Assembly: GCF_902713615.1 (NCBI RefSeq)
Contig: NC_052150.1
Location: forward strand, 115,505,700 to 115,569,699
Direction: 5' to 3'
DNA: 64,000 nucleotides
Source of the DNA: Scyliorhinus canicula
Taxonomy: Eukaryota
The position numbers and the translations under genes are program-made. Under the pieces are notes generated by a model. It was not told the origin of the DNA. It made no database searches and was given only the letters and a program-made list of their open reading frames with translations. Positions 1 through 12,500 of the stretch are shown in pieces. Numbering within the stretch: position 1 is the first letter of the stretch; every line of letters starts with the position of its first letter.

Positions 1-89
1 ATAACCCTGCAGCTAAGAGCACTTAAGGTACAGAACCAGGTACTTTTTAAAAGAGTTTAGCGTCTTAGTGTGCCTTCTTTAGCTCTGAC

Positions 90-330
90 TGTGGTAGTCA
101 CCACTGTTGTATTGTGTATACTGCATATGAGGTGTATTAAGGTAAGGCTCCTGGACTACAGGTACGGGGTAGATCCCTGCCTGTTGGCTCCGCCCAGTAG
201 GCGGAGTATAAATGTGTGGGCTCTCCAAGCTGCAGCCATTTCGGCAGCAGCTGCGGGAGGCTCCACATCTCTGCGTAATAAAGCCTCGATTAATCTCTAC
301 TCTCGTCTCCTCGCAATTGATAGTGCATCA
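90..330 (+). mobile_element. Solo LTR (241 bp)
   Basis: TG...CA termini, 5-bp TSD CTGAC (85-89 / 331-335), TATA-like GTATAAAT ~206-213, AATAAA ~277-282. Confidence 0.85.
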
Positions 331-779
331 CTGACCAAAACAAAACTAACTTGGAAAACAGTCTTACAGAGACAAGAAACATTGCAGAACAGACACCACC
401 AATCATCATAGATGAGCAGCTGAGATACCAACAAAGTAACTAGCTCATTGACCAACAGGCAAGGCCATCAAAATGTGTCATCACTGAGGCCAGACCAAAC
501 AACACATCTTCTCTGGGGAGTTCCTTTTTAAAAAAAATTAAAGGTGAAATCCAACTTAAAAGCATAGGTCTCAGTAATTGTCCAGATGCAACAAATTATA
601 AAAGACAAAAATAAGAAAATAAAGGGAACACACAGGGAGAACAAGGTTTAAACAGGAGGATCCTTGCATCGTTCAACTCGACCCCTCCCCCAATTTTCCT
701 CCTTTCCCCCAGCCCCTATTACCCTCCCCCCCCCCCCCCCAAATTCCCCCCCCCCCCCCTCAACGCACCACCCCCTCAC

Positions 780-1990
780 CAACCATCATGTAACATCACT
801 CTTGGGTGATGTCCTGTGTGGGCACTGTCCGTGGGTCAATATACAAGGCAGGAGAGTGATGATAATTCACTGTCAGGAATCCTCCGGTCCCCTCAGTTTC
901 TGCAAAAGCATGTTTCCTGTCTTTCTGCTGACAACGCACTCACACTCATCCTCTGCATCGGGGGCGTTTGGTCCTGGACCACTGCGCCCAGGAGGTGGGG
1001 GTGCTGTGAAGATTAACGTGACAGAGGCGTCACACATTACATGTTTTGGTAGTGAATAATTGACATTTCCATTCCCCCTAGCTGTGCAGACCGCCCCCCC
1101 ACCCCAACCTCTAAGCCCACTCAGTGCTCCTCAATCATCTTGATCTTACTTGGTCTACTGCTACATCTAGGAGTGTCGCAGGATGCACATCAAAGATGGC
1201 AGCAGCCTGCTGCTTTCTACACCCTGTGGCCTTTGATGCCCTGGCAGACGTCCTCTGGCGGACATCCTCTGGAGGGCCTGGACCCAGTGGGTCCTGGCCG
1301 ACTAACCAGTGTTACTGGCATCACCGTGCCACTGTTCTGCCCGCTGCCTTTGCGATGCGTCGATGTCAAGAGGGAGGGAGTTGGGAGAACTGGAGACTGT
1401 CGGCGGCGTCTTGGTGGAAAGACCCGGCTTGGCCCCTCATGCTTTCTTCTCCCTGACGGTGCACGTAGGGTCCTGGCAGTCTTCATGGGATGGACAGGCA
1501 GCTGGAGTGAGCTCCAGAGGCCTCTGAGTAATCTGACTTTTCCAGTCCTGGTGGCTCCCCATTGTCTGCACCATGGTGTCGATGCCCTCAGCGATGCTTT
1601 TCTGTTACAGGGCCATGCTCTGTTGTGCCTCGGCAATGGCCATCTGTATCTGGGACACCATCCTTCAGCAACTGTGACACCATGTCGAGGACCGTGGTCG
1701 TCACAGACTATGCCATGCTTTCGATACCACCATTCAAGACACGGACATTGTGATCCAGGTTTTTCACTGCGGTCGCCACCCTAGCAGTGTTGTCCTCTTT
1801 GTAATGCATTGTCGGCAACATCTCCTGCGACCAAAGCTTTTTTGACTCCTCCAATTGGTTATGCAGTCACTGGAATGTACCTGACAACCACTCCTGAATC
1901 TCACAGCTGTGTCCTATCATCTGCATCAACTCTGGAGGAACCTTGTCGAGAGGCTTGGATTCTGACTGGAACCTAGCCATGCAGAGCAGT
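780..1990. repeat. Unclassified GC-rich repeat remnant, possibly PIF/Harbinger-derived
   Basis: Composition differs from flanks; overlapping ORFs have no recognisable domain; no termini found. Confidence 0.25.
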
Positions 1991-2156
1991 CCATGCATGA
2001 ATTGGGTCTTTCAAAAAGAAGAAATGCAAAACTAGTTTCAAACTAAAAAATCATAACATTTGCTAAGTCCTGGCTGCAATGAGGGTGCGAGTGAAAAACT
2101 GGTGCGAGAATGGAAGCAGAAGGAATCCACCTTGAAGAAGGTGCCCACGTCTTAAA

Positions 2157-2523
2157 CATAAGAACATAAGAACTAGGAGCAGGAGTAGGCCATCTGGCCC
2201 CTCAGGCCTGCTCCGCCATTTAATAAGATCATGACTGATCTTTTGTGGACTCAGCTCCACTTTCCGGCCCGAACACCATAACCCTTAAACCCTTTATTCT
2301 TCAAAAAACTATCTATCTTTACCTTAAAAACATTTAATGAAGGAGCCTCAACTGCTTCACTGGGCAAGGAATTCCATAGATTCACAACCCTTTGGGTGAA
2401 GAAGTTCCTCCTAAACTCAGTCCTAAATCTACTTCCCCTTATTTTGAGGCTATACCCCCTAGTTCTGCTTTAACCCACCAGTGGAAACAACCTGCCCACA
2501 TCTATCCTATCTATTCCCTTCAT
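2157..2523 (-). mobile_element. 5'-truncated CR1/HER1-like LINE 3' end
   Basis: (CATAAGAA)n tail and CR1 3' UTR; flanked by a perfect 47-bp direct repeat (2110-2156 / 2528-2574). Confidence 0.85.
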
Positions 2524-2632
2524 ATGGATGGAAGCAGAAGGAATCCACCTTGAAGAAGGTGCCCACGTCTTAAAGTAACATGAGAACTGAGATTAGCCCC
2601 TGGCCTGATCTTAAGTAGCATATTAAATATTG

Positions 2633-3236
2633 ATGTGGAGATGCCGGCGTTAGACTGGGGTGAGCATAGTAAGAAGTCTTACAACACCAGGTTAAAGTCC
2701 AACAGGTTTGTTTCAAACACGAGCTTTCGGAGCGCAGCTCCTTCCTCAGGTGAATGGCGAGGTATGTTCCAGAAACATTTATATAGACAAAGTCAGAGAT
2801 GCTGGACAATGCTTGGAATGCGAGCATTTGCAGGTAATCAAATCATTACAGATCTAGGGAGAGGGATAATCACAGGTTAAAGAGGTGTGAATTGGCTCAA
2901 GCCAGAACAGTTGGTGGGATTTTGCAAGCCCAGGCCAGATGGTGGGGGGTGGATGTAATGCGACATGAATCCAAGATCCCTGTTGAGGCCGCACTCATGC
3001 GTGTGGAACTTAGCTATAAGTTTTTGCTCGGCAATTCTGCGTTGTCGCGTGTCCAGAAGCCCGCCTTGGAGAACGCTTACCCGAAGATCAGAGGCTGAAT
3101 GCCCCTGACTGCTGAAGTGTTCCCCGACTGGAAGGGAACATTCCTGCCTGGTGATTGTTGCACGATGCCCGTTCATTCGTTGTCGCAGTGTCTACATGGT
3201 CTCGGACTTTAACCTGGTGTTGTAAGACTTCTTACT
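2633..3236 (-). mobile_element. 5'-truncated Penelope-like element (GIY-YIG C-terminus plus terminal repeat)
   Basis: ORF 2877-3176 (MNGHR...PVGEHFS..GH...EQKLI..F.T...GLNRD) matches a PLE GIY-YIG C-terminus; 33-bp inverted repeat 2668-2700 / 3204-3236; 13-bp TSD ATATTAAATATTG (2620-2632 / 3237-3249). Confidence 0.88.
2718..2752 (-). ncRNA. Minimal type I hammerhead ribozyme in the Penelope terminal repeat
   Basis: Minus strand reads CAC-CUGAGGA-A-GGAGC-UGC-GCUCC-GAAA-GC-UC-GUG: CUGANGA and GAAA core, 5-bp stem II, CAC/GUG stem I, vestigial stem III. Confidence 0.75.
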
Positions 3237-3918
3237 ATATTAAATATTGGAATGGGTCCTCAAAATTTGTCAGAATGGTTACATCATCACCAGAAATGAA
3301 ATGAATATAAATATATATAGGCCAAATCAAACCCTGAGTCCAACAACGATTTTCGAGTAATAGCTAGTTGGTGTAGCTGCGTTATGGAAGGAAATGTCCA
3401 GTGTTGTGGCAGAAGACCAAGATTGCTCAAACTGCCAAAAGACCTTGATGCCAAAATTACCAGTTTCCATGGATTCATTATCAGACAGCGCAAAAGCGTT
3501 AGTAACCATTGTCATTTTCGCAACTGGATGAAGCACCCATGCATGATATGCCCACCAATTGAATTGTGAGGTGAAAAGGTTTAAAAAAAAAGTTCTCGTC
3601 AAAATCAGAGAACATGAGAATACAAGCTTCATGATGGTACCAACCTGCATGTTTGGCAGAACAAAGTTAAAGTTCATGCAATTATCAAACTTAAAACCAT
3701 GCCAAAATCAAGTTCCCTGCGGGAGTCTCTATGCATGTCCATTACAACAGTTAAATGTTTGAGGATGGTGTGAAGTTGTGAATTGATAATGCATGGAATA
3801 GGTGTCCATGTTGCTTATGCAAAGAATATAACTTATTGATGTGGGACATTTTCGGTTTCCATGTAATGGATGGGATCAAGAGATGCCAGTGAATAAATAA
3901 CATTGATATTGCAGGTAT

Positions 3919-4146
3919 GGGCAGCACGGTGGCGCAGTGGGTTAGCCCTGTTGCCTCAAGGCGCCGAGGTCCCAGGTTCGATCCTGGCTCTGGGCCACTG
4001 TCTGTGTGGAGTTTGCACATTCTCCCCGTGTTTGCGTGGGTTTCGCCCCCACAACCCAAAGATGTGCAAGCTAGGTGGATTGGCCATGCTAAATTGCCCC
4101 TTAATTGGAAAAATGAATTGAGTAATCTAAATTTATTTTTTAAAAA
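3919..4146 (+). mobile_element. HE1-like tRNA-derived V-SINE (T/A-tail type)
   Basis: Box A TGGCGCAGTGG, box B GGTTCGATCC, TGTGTGGAGTTTGCACATTCTCCCCGTG core; 14-bp TSD GATATTGCAGGTAT. Confidence 0.92.
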
Positions 4147-4653
4147 GATATTGCAGGTATACGTGGTGGTGAGAGTAGGGGGGGAGCTAACGTTAATTGT
4201 TCAATCTTTGGATGTGTGCCTCAACATGCTATTCAATATCATGTTTGTGACGAGTAGAAGAGGTGGACGGTTGATGGAGAAAGCCGTTATAATGAGTGGA
4301 AATATGCGTACTGCCTCACTTGATGTTTTGTGCGGTTTTGTCATCAAATTGTGAGATGCTATCAGTGCACAAACTATCAGATCATTCATGAAATTCAGAA
4401 TTTCTAATTCAATGGATGGAGGGAGGATGATTTGTTGCAGAGAAATTAACTTAAAACCGGAAACACCACGTAGTGGGATCATTACAATGATGTCACAGGC
4501 AAAAAGGCTCAGCGTGAATTTGATGAACTCTTTGCATCAGGTGCTGAAGACGAGAAATGTGACGGTTTATAAAATGTTATGACTGTGGTTCAAGCTAGCC
4601 TTTTAGAATAATTTCATTAATATGCTTCCTTTACATTTCAAAATGGCAACCAC

Positions 4654-6449
4654 TGTCATAATATACATCCATGTATATAATGGAGTGCAGACAGGCAGTG
4701 ATTGACACACAGGATGACCAGTAAGCACACAGAACACAACAGCCAATCACCAGACAGGACACTACCACTATAAAGCCAGAGGGCACCAGTTTTCCCGCTC
4801 TCTCGGGATCCAGTCTCTGAGACAGTCAGAGTTCGTGAGCATAGCCAGTGCACACACCATGAGGTAGTCAGTAAGTCTGGTCAGGCTAGCATCAGGTCTC
4901 CAGTCAAGTCAGCATAGTGTGAACCCACAGTTGAACATGTAAAATAGTTAGATGTTAAATAAAATCGTGTTGCATCTCATCAAGTGTTGGAAGTCTGTCT
5001 CTCGCTACACTGCATCAAGCGAAGTCCACATCGACCCAGCCTGCCCAACACATCATGTTACCAGGTAGTTATGCTGAAAATTGACGGACCTACCTTCAGT
5101 GAATCAGCGTTGACCAGCAAGCAGCCATCCGGTGATATGGAAAACGTCCGCCCTCCTCCACAGCTCTGCATCGTCGGCAACCTCGGTGCAAATTGGAAGA
5201 TCTTCAAACAAAAGTTCCAGCTCTATCTCGAAGCCACCGACCTCGAGGCCGCATCGGACGCCAGGAAGATCGCACTATTCCTCTCCACAGCCGGGGAACA
5301 CACCATCCACATCTACAATTCCCTTAAATTCACTGAAGGCGAAGACAAGACGAAATTTAAAACAGGCCTGCTGAAGTTCAACAGCCACTGCGACATCGAG
5401 GTGAACAAGAGCTTTGAATGGTACGTTTCCCAGCAGAGGCTTCAGGGTAAGGATGAACCTTTCCAATCCTTTTTGACCCATCTCCGCATCCTCGCGCAGT
5501 CATGTAACTATGACTCGACAACTGATTCCATGATCCGGGATCAGATCGTTTTCGGGGTCCACTCAGATTCCCTTCGCCAGCAGCTCCTGAAAGTCAAGCA
5601 GCTAACCCTCACAATCGCCATCGAAACGTGCGTTCTCCACGAACATGCTAACAACCGGTATTCCCACATCAGGGCGGCAGAAATGGCAAAGCTAACCCCC
5701 CATGAGGCGGAACGGGTGCATGTCATCGCACAAATGCAGGGCCTGAGTCTCGACGAGAGTGGCTATTTTGCGCGCTATTCCTGGGCTTCAGCGCATGCGC
5801 GCCACGACCGAGGGGACGGCGGGACCGACGACCAGCCTGCGCAGGTGCGTACGTCATTCGACCGCACTGCGCATGCGCTTTGGCGCACGGAACACGCTGG
5901 CGTTGGCGTCATGACGTATCCGAATTGTGGCTCCGCCCATTTAAAGCGGCAATGTCCGGCAAAATCACGACAGTGTCTACAGTGTGGCAAGCTTGGCCAC
6001 TACGCAGCCCTTTGCAGATCTTTTCCACTGCCCAGCATCCAGCGATCCCAGCCACGACGCAGGAGCGTCCGTTCAATACAGCAGGCCATGCCAGATTCCG
6101 ACCCCGACAGCCCAACAGATTCTGATGCCGAGTGCCTCAAATCCCCATTCTGGGTGGGCATCATGACAAAGCAGGCGCTGCCTTTCTCCAACATAGTGAA
6201 GCACCTCCCAATCCTAAGCGTGGATCCTGACGACGAGTGGTGTGCTGTCCTCACAGTTAACAAGGCTCGCATCCGTTTCAAGCAGGACACCGGCGCATCG
6301 ACGAACCTCATTTTGAAATCCGATCTCGACACCATCCGCGTCAGACCAAGCATTCTTCCACAGGCCTGCCAGCTCCTTGACTGGAAGTCTGTCTCTCGCT
6401 ACACAGCATCAAGCGCAGTCCACATAGACCCAGCCTGCCCAACACATCA
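4654..6449 (+). mobile_element. Gypsy LTR retrotransposon (family A), internally deleted: 5' LTR 4654-5055, PBS, gag-protease, last ~70 bp of 3' LTR
   Basis: TG..CA LTR with TATAAA and AATAAA; PBS TGTTACCAGG (tRNA-Leu-like TGGTACCAGG); 6381-6449 repeats the LTR 3' end; CCAC on both flanks. Confidence 0.9.
5137..6380 (+). CDS. gag: Gypsy Gag plus start of aspartic protease (within ORF 4984-6528)
   Basis: NWKIFKQKFQLYL, IRDQIVFG, CCHC knuckle CLQCGKLGHYAALC, protease motif FKQDTGAS. Confidence 0.85.
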
Positions 6450-6564
6450 CCACCTACACCAGCAAGAGTGCTTCACATTTTATGCTCAGTACATAGATCG
6501 ATTGCCATTTTTGGAAGGATTTTTTTGAAAATTCAAACATTGACTGAAATACAATAATCTACAG

Positions 6565-7076
6565 CAGTCATTGTCAAACTCAGGGGCACGACCCGCGGGT
6601 GGATCGCGGGCTGGTTTCGGGAGGGCTGCGGAGCCATCCGTCGCAGCGCTCCCAATCGCGCAAATCCGCGCACAACAGCTGCAGCAGTCGGCTTTTAATA
6701 ATGCCAGCTGCGAGTGGCCTTCAAAATGGCCAGGAACAGGAAAAAAAATTTGGCCGCACTGCTCATGCATGCCCAATCATTGGTGAAAATTGGGCACACA
6801 TGCACAGTGCGGCCCGCATTTTTTTAATATGGTCGCAGCATTTTTTTTCCAAGTTCGGGGGGCCAAAGGGACCATTGGGGCCAAAGGGACCCAAAATCAT
6901 TTTCTCCATTTTTGACAGCATCAAACAAGGTAAGAGAAAATGGTGGGTTACGCACGTCGTCTGGCATGGGTCGCGAAGGTCGGCTGGCGTGGGTCACGAA
7001 GGTCGGCCGGAATGGGTCCCGAAGGTTGCGTGGTTGGTAAAAATGGGTCCCCAGAAAAAAAGTTTGAAAAACACTG
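6565..7076. mobile_element. Non-autonomous hAT (Charlie-like) MITE
   Basis: TIRs CAGTCATTGTCAAACT / AGTTTGAAAAACACTG; 8-bp TSD ATCTACAG / ATTTACAG. Confidence 0.85.
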
Positions 7077-7171
7077 ATTTACAGGACCTGACGTTGAGCT
7101 CTCTTACAGTGCCATATAAAAACATAATGTTACAGTGTTATTAATTTGAAAATTATGAATTTTATTTTAAG

Positions 7172-7276
7172 CTCATAAATCCTACTTTGGGAGGAGTTGC
7201 ATTTCTACAATTTTATTGGCTGTTGGAACCACATGCTGTATAGGATGTTCAAATATGAGAGCAATATGTGGGACTG
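7172..7276 (+). CDS. Candidate host-gene exon A (105 nt, phase 1-1): HKSYFGRSCISTILLAVGTTCCIGCSNMRAICGT
   Basis: ttttattttaag acceptor, GTATGA donor; only this frame is open; unique AT-rich context. Confidence 0.5.
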
Positions 7277-7697
7277 GTATGATTTACTTGGGCTCTGAAT
7301 GCTCCAAGTGTATAAAGGGAAAGGAAAATAATTGAAAATGATTATAAATAGCACCTATTATTTTTTATTAATTTTAATTTGTTATGTTTAATTTGCATTT
7401 TTTAAATTCCTGATCTCTATTGATGCGTGATTGCATGTATTATCTAATATATACTTATACTCAGCTTAATAGCTTTTAAATTTATAAACATGTACCTAAT
7501 TTTGAAATTTGACCTTTAACAAATTAATTTTTAGACGGTCATTGCACTAAATAAGTTTAAAAGAACACAATATAGAGTTAATTTTTTAATGTTCCGACCG
7601 TGTTTAATGTGACTGCACAATGTCATTAAATTTACATATTTAAACTCTGGCAATTGTTGTAGAATTACTCATGTATACCTTTGTCATTTTACTATAG

Positions 7698-7722
7698 TCC
7701 TTTGGAAACAACAAGAGTTGAG
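7698..7722 (+). CDS. Candidate micro-exon B (25 nt, phase 1-2): VLWKQQELR
   Basis: cattttactatag acceptor, weak GTCTAA donor; restores frame between exons A and C. Confidence 0.4.
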
Positions 7723-7819
7723 GTCTAATTCATCCAAATCTTTGCAAGCCAGACAGTTACAAAATATTTGCATTAACTTAAGTTTTGGATCATTTTATTT
7801 TGATTGTTTTATTTTATAG

Positions 7820-7869
7820 ACTTATCTCATTAGAAGAAGACAAGGAGACTAAAGAGTCCAACAGTTCAG
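7820..7869 (+). CDS. Candidate exon C (50 nt, phase 2-1): LISLEEDKETKESNSS
   Basis: Long T-rich tract plus TAG acceptor, CAG|GTACGG donor, purine-rich exon body. Confidence 0.6.
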
Positions 7870-9544
7870 GTACGGTTACATAACCTTGAAAAACGTGATT
7901 TGTAAAGTCAATAACAATTTGCATGCAATACATAGCAAAGCATTCTAAAGTATTTTGCATTTCAGTGTGAGACTGAAGAGGGTGTGAATTAGAGGTGGCC
8001 AAAGAACCATTTAATTTATGGCACAGCAAGAGGGCATTTAGTCCACTGCATCAGCTCTTCATTCAGAGCTAGCCAGTTCCCATTTCTCAGTTTGTTCTCT
8101 ACTCATTCAGAGAACTGGTGCAGACACAATAGGATCTATGGTCCCCTTCTTCACTGGATGAATTCTGTGATTCCTTTATCTTCTTCCTTGTCAACTGATA
8201 TTTTCATGTTTTTCTCAATACCCATCATATTTCCATTTTCTGATTATCTTCCAATTGAAGAAAATATTTTTGTTCCCTTTTCCAACAATGTTATAATGAT
8301 GATCCTAAATATGCAACCTTATGTTGCTGACTAATCAGCCAATGGAAACAATCGTTCACTGCTTAAAAATCATTCATTCTCAGGATGTGTACATCAGTAT
8401 TGCAGCACTAGCAGTTTAGACACAACTGAGTGGTTTGTTAGGCCACTTCAGAGAGTGGTTAAGAGCACCGTTCTTCCATTCTGTTAAGAATCATAGGCTG
8501 TGAAATGTGTTGCCTTACTGCCTGCTCTATAAGATTCAGGAGTGCCATTTTGGCTCCAAAATGCACACTTCTGATGCAAGCTCTCTTGGCATCCTTTTGA
8601 GGGTGTTAGCATGGACACATGGAGCACATGCCAGAATATGCAGAACAGGCAGATTGGAACATTAAGGATAATGTCTTGTTTTGTTTGTTTATTGTCCCGC
8701 ATACTGAGGTACAGTGAAAAATATTTTTCTGCGAGCAGCTCAAACAGATCATTTAGTACATGAAAATAAAACAAAATACATAATAGGGCAACACAAGGTA
8801 CACAATATAAATACAAAGATACCGGCATTAATGTAATATTGATTTGATGCAAGTAGTACCATTTTGGACTTCCATGTATCAGCTAATACCCTCTCTTAAC
8901 CTTATGTAGCTGAAGATGAGTTTAGCAGCAGGAAGAACAGCCCCTGCCACCCTTCCCCGCATCTACTCCCATCCCCCTCCCCAACTCCCACAGATACTTT
9001 TTAATGGGAAAATCAATTATTTTCAGGTTAGATGTTAATTTATTTCTATTGCTGTAGCTGTGATGGTGGAACTGTTTGGTGGTTTCTAGAGTTATTCAAA
9101 GTTCGTAACCGGGATTGGTATGGAATGTGCTGAAGGACTTGGGCCTGACTTCAAGGATTTGCACAAACCACTTGCACCCTAGACATAGTTGCAATATTTT
9201 GCATCCCCCTTTAGACTCCAGAACACTATACAACAGTTTAGAAATGATGAATAAGCTAAATTGACAGGAAAAGCATACGGTGCATGAGCGGTAAGAACAG
9301 TTTACTAGTCCTGGAGGAAGAACAGAGAGATAGTTTATTGTTGATCGCCGTAGCTGGTAATGGCAGCCTTCTGCTCACTAACCATTGTTAGGGAACTCTT
9401 CCCAGGTCTTCCACCATCTGAGGAAGGCTGAAGCCGACATTGATCATCTTGAAAACTCGTTCCTCTCCAAAATGAGGTTTTTACCTCAACAGCCTAGTTT
9501 TAATCTTTTCTCATGCGGTTGGTTTGTATACGGGTTATGAGGTC

Positions 9545-12500
9545 CAACTTTGGTGGCCATGGAATGAGTGGTCACACACACGGTGGCTGCCCCTTGAAGG
9601 TGTTGGGGAATTTTGGTGGAAATATTGTGCAGAGAGTGGAGGGGGATTAGTTCTTCCCAGGATGGGCATGTCTGCGGGTTACCAAACTTGACAGAAGACA
9701 GTGAGATCCCTGGCTAAAGAGTTGGAGGAGACTTGTGGCGCAGCATCAATCGCAAAAATGGTGGATAGAGAATGGCCGCCGCTGACTGGAAAGCTGCCAA
9801 TGGAACTTTATTAAGGACAAAAAAGAAATGCAGAGTGACTGGTCAAAGGCGACTGAAGGGACAGTGGCACCTTTTCACGGAACTTTGGAACGGGTGGAGA
9901 AGAATCTGGAGGTGCAGGGAGCGACAATCTAGGAGGTGGAGAAGGTGGTCTCTGACCACAGTGACTGGATTGTGTCACTGGAAACGGAGGTGACGATCCT
10001 GGGGGACATGTGTAAGTCGCTGTGAGTAAAGGTGGAGGACCAGGAGAGCAGGTCCAGGCGGCAAAATCTTCAGATTGTGTGTCTACCAGAGGGAGCAAAG
10101 GGAACGAGTCCAACGGGTTATATCACGAGCATGCTGGTGAGGTTGGTGGCTGAGCAAATGCTGGACAAGGCCCCGGAGGTAGATCAGGCCCATAGGTCCC
10201 TGAGGCAGGTGCCAAGAATGGGAAAGCTACGTGGGCGGTGATTGTGCGTAGGCACAAGTTCCAGGGCAAGGAAAAGATTCTGAAGTGGGGCAGAGTACAG
10301 CGGGATTACGATTAGGAAGGAAACCAAATCTGGATTTATCAGGACATTGGCGTGGAGCTGACCAAGAGATGAGCGCCTGATGGGGTTTGGGGTGCGGTAT
10401 CCTGCCGGGTAACTTACAAGGGCCAGGAATATTAGTTTGGGATGCCAGTAGATATAAATGACTTTATTAAGGAACCTAAGCTGGGGGAGGGCGGGAGGGA
10501 GGGTGTTGGTGGAAGTTCTGTCTCTGTGATATTTTGTTACCTGTTTCTGTTTGCCTATTGCAAACGGTTGGCATGGGGGTCGTTGCATCCCCTTTTTTGT
10601 ATATTTAGTCATTTTCGTATTGAAGTTAAATTGTTGGGTTTTTTTGGAGGAGGGCCCTCTGATATTGGGGGTATAACGTTTAATACTATTGCACACTGTT
10701 GATTATGCTTTTTGTAGGGAATGAGGGGTTGTTGTGGGTCGTGGTGCAGCAGCGGAGTGGTTTGTGAATTCTCTATATGGGTTGATATTTCTCGCATTGG
10801 GTTGGGTTAGGGTTCGGGATACTGGGGGGGAAGGGAAGGGACGGGATGGAGAAAAGCAACGGGGGGTGCAGGTGGGATGGGTAGAGGGGGTGTGGATTGG
10901 TTAGGGCCTAGCAGGAAGTGCTAGTGACCAGAAGTGAAGTGGGCGGGTGGGGGGGGGGGGGGGGGGGGGGGGGAGGTAAGGGGGTGATTAGCCAGTGTGG
11001 CAGATATAGGGAGGGGTTGAGGGGGAGTGGGGATTGATGTGGCAGTTATGGAGGGTGAGTTTGGCCATGGATGGGGCGGTGGGCCCAATTCAGAGTGGGA
11101 TGGGGGGCGGAGCCGAAGGATAATGATGGCGGACTCTAGGGAGGAGAGGAGGCGGACGCCTTCGTTGAGAATCGTGAAAGGGAATGACCATGGGCTAAAT
11201 GAGCCGGTTAACCCGGGTGTTCACACGCTGGCAAACTTTAGATCAAAGGTGATTTTCCTGCTGGATATGCATCTCTGGTTGAAAGATCAGGTGAGGTTGA
11301 GGAAGGGGTGGGAGGCAGTTGAGGTTGAGGAAGGGGTGTGTAGGGCAAATGTTCTACTTCGGGTTGCCATACTGTTGAACAGGAAAAGTGGGTTTACAGG
11401 GAATAGGGAAGTGCAGGCTAGGGTGGGGAGATTTGTGATGGTGAGTGAGATGCTAGTGGGTACTCCAGTAGGTGTTTGTGAATGCGTATGTGCTTAATTA
11501 GGATGGTGCTAGATTCATGAAGAGGCTATTAGGGATGATTCCAGACTTAGATTCTCATGGGGGGGGGGATATTAATTGTATATTGGAGCCGAGGATGGAT
11601 TTGTCGAGCCCTATGTCGATGGGGAGGTCAGGAATGTTACAAGAGTTGGGAGGGTTCATGGAGAGAATGGGGATGGTGGATCCCTGGAGGTTTTGGCACC
11701 CGGGAGAGAGGAAATATTCCTTCTTTTAGCATGTGTATAGGGTATATTCCCAGATTGACTTTTTTGTGGTGAGCCTGGCGGTGCTAATGGGGGTGGAAGT
11801 GCGGAATATGTGGGAATAGTGATTTGGGACCACGCTCCTCACTATAGCAACATAGGATCAAAGGAATTAGGTGCAGATGTAGGCAATTCAGCCCTTCGAG
11901 CCTGCTCCGCCACTCAGTCAGATGGTGGATGATCTCTTCCTGGTTTCCAATCCATCTCCCCACCTGTTGATCATATCTCTTTAACCCTTTTTTAAAATCA
12001 GAACTATATCTATCTAGATGTGAGACTTCGTTCGGATCAGGTGCAGAGTCGGAGTGGAGCTTGGATTCGTGGCTTTTGGCTGACAAGGAGTTCTGTAGGA
12101 AGGTAGCAGTGGCAGTTGAGAATTATGGTGAGCTTAATCAGATTGGGGAATTATCTGCAGTCACGAGCCTTGAAAGTGGTGGCCCGGGGGAAATAATTTT
12201 GTTCAAGGCTCATAAGGATAAGATGGAGAGGGAGTGTCATGGGAGTGTCCCTTTTAAGAAATGTTTTTGTCTTATCACATTGCTTCAGTGATGTAATTAC
12301 GTGGGTGGAGCTGGGCTGTGGCTCCAAGTTTTACTTTCGCTATGAGTTTGGACTGGTTTTGAACGGCACAGGGAAAGAAGTGTCTCTCTATCTTCATTTT
12401 AAAAGCTGTTTGCAGACTTAACTTGGTAACTTAAAAGAGATAATTCAAACCTACTGTTTGGAAAGGGGAACAAGAGTATCAATAACAAGTCTTACACAGT

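Larger units (their letters stand above)
2020..4600 (+). pseudogene. Decayed pogo (POGK/Passer-like) DNA transposase, interrupted by three retro-insertions
   Basis: Fragments EWVLKICQNGYIITR (CENP-B HTH), LPKDLDAKITSFHGFII, KKVLVKIREHENTSF and VQSLDVCLNMLF (LQPLDV-type DDD motif); many stops and frameshifts. Confidence 0.75.

Noticed and set aside
664-1784. Pro-rich and 214-aa ORFs as genes
   Set aside because: They arise from C runs and GC-rich repeat sequence; no domain or splice support
3919-3995. tRNA genes at SINE heads
   Set aside because: A/B boxes run into SINE cores with tails and TSDs; these are SINEs, not tRNA genes
4984-6528. 514-aa ORF as a domesticated gag gene
   Set aside because: It starts in the LTR, crosses a deletion into the 3' LTR and flank, and has a near-identical paralog at 17.8-18.4 kb, so it is a young TE copy
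7535-7577. Additional exon after the ttttag at 7534
   Set aside because: Stop codon in the phase-1 frame and only weak GTTTAA donors
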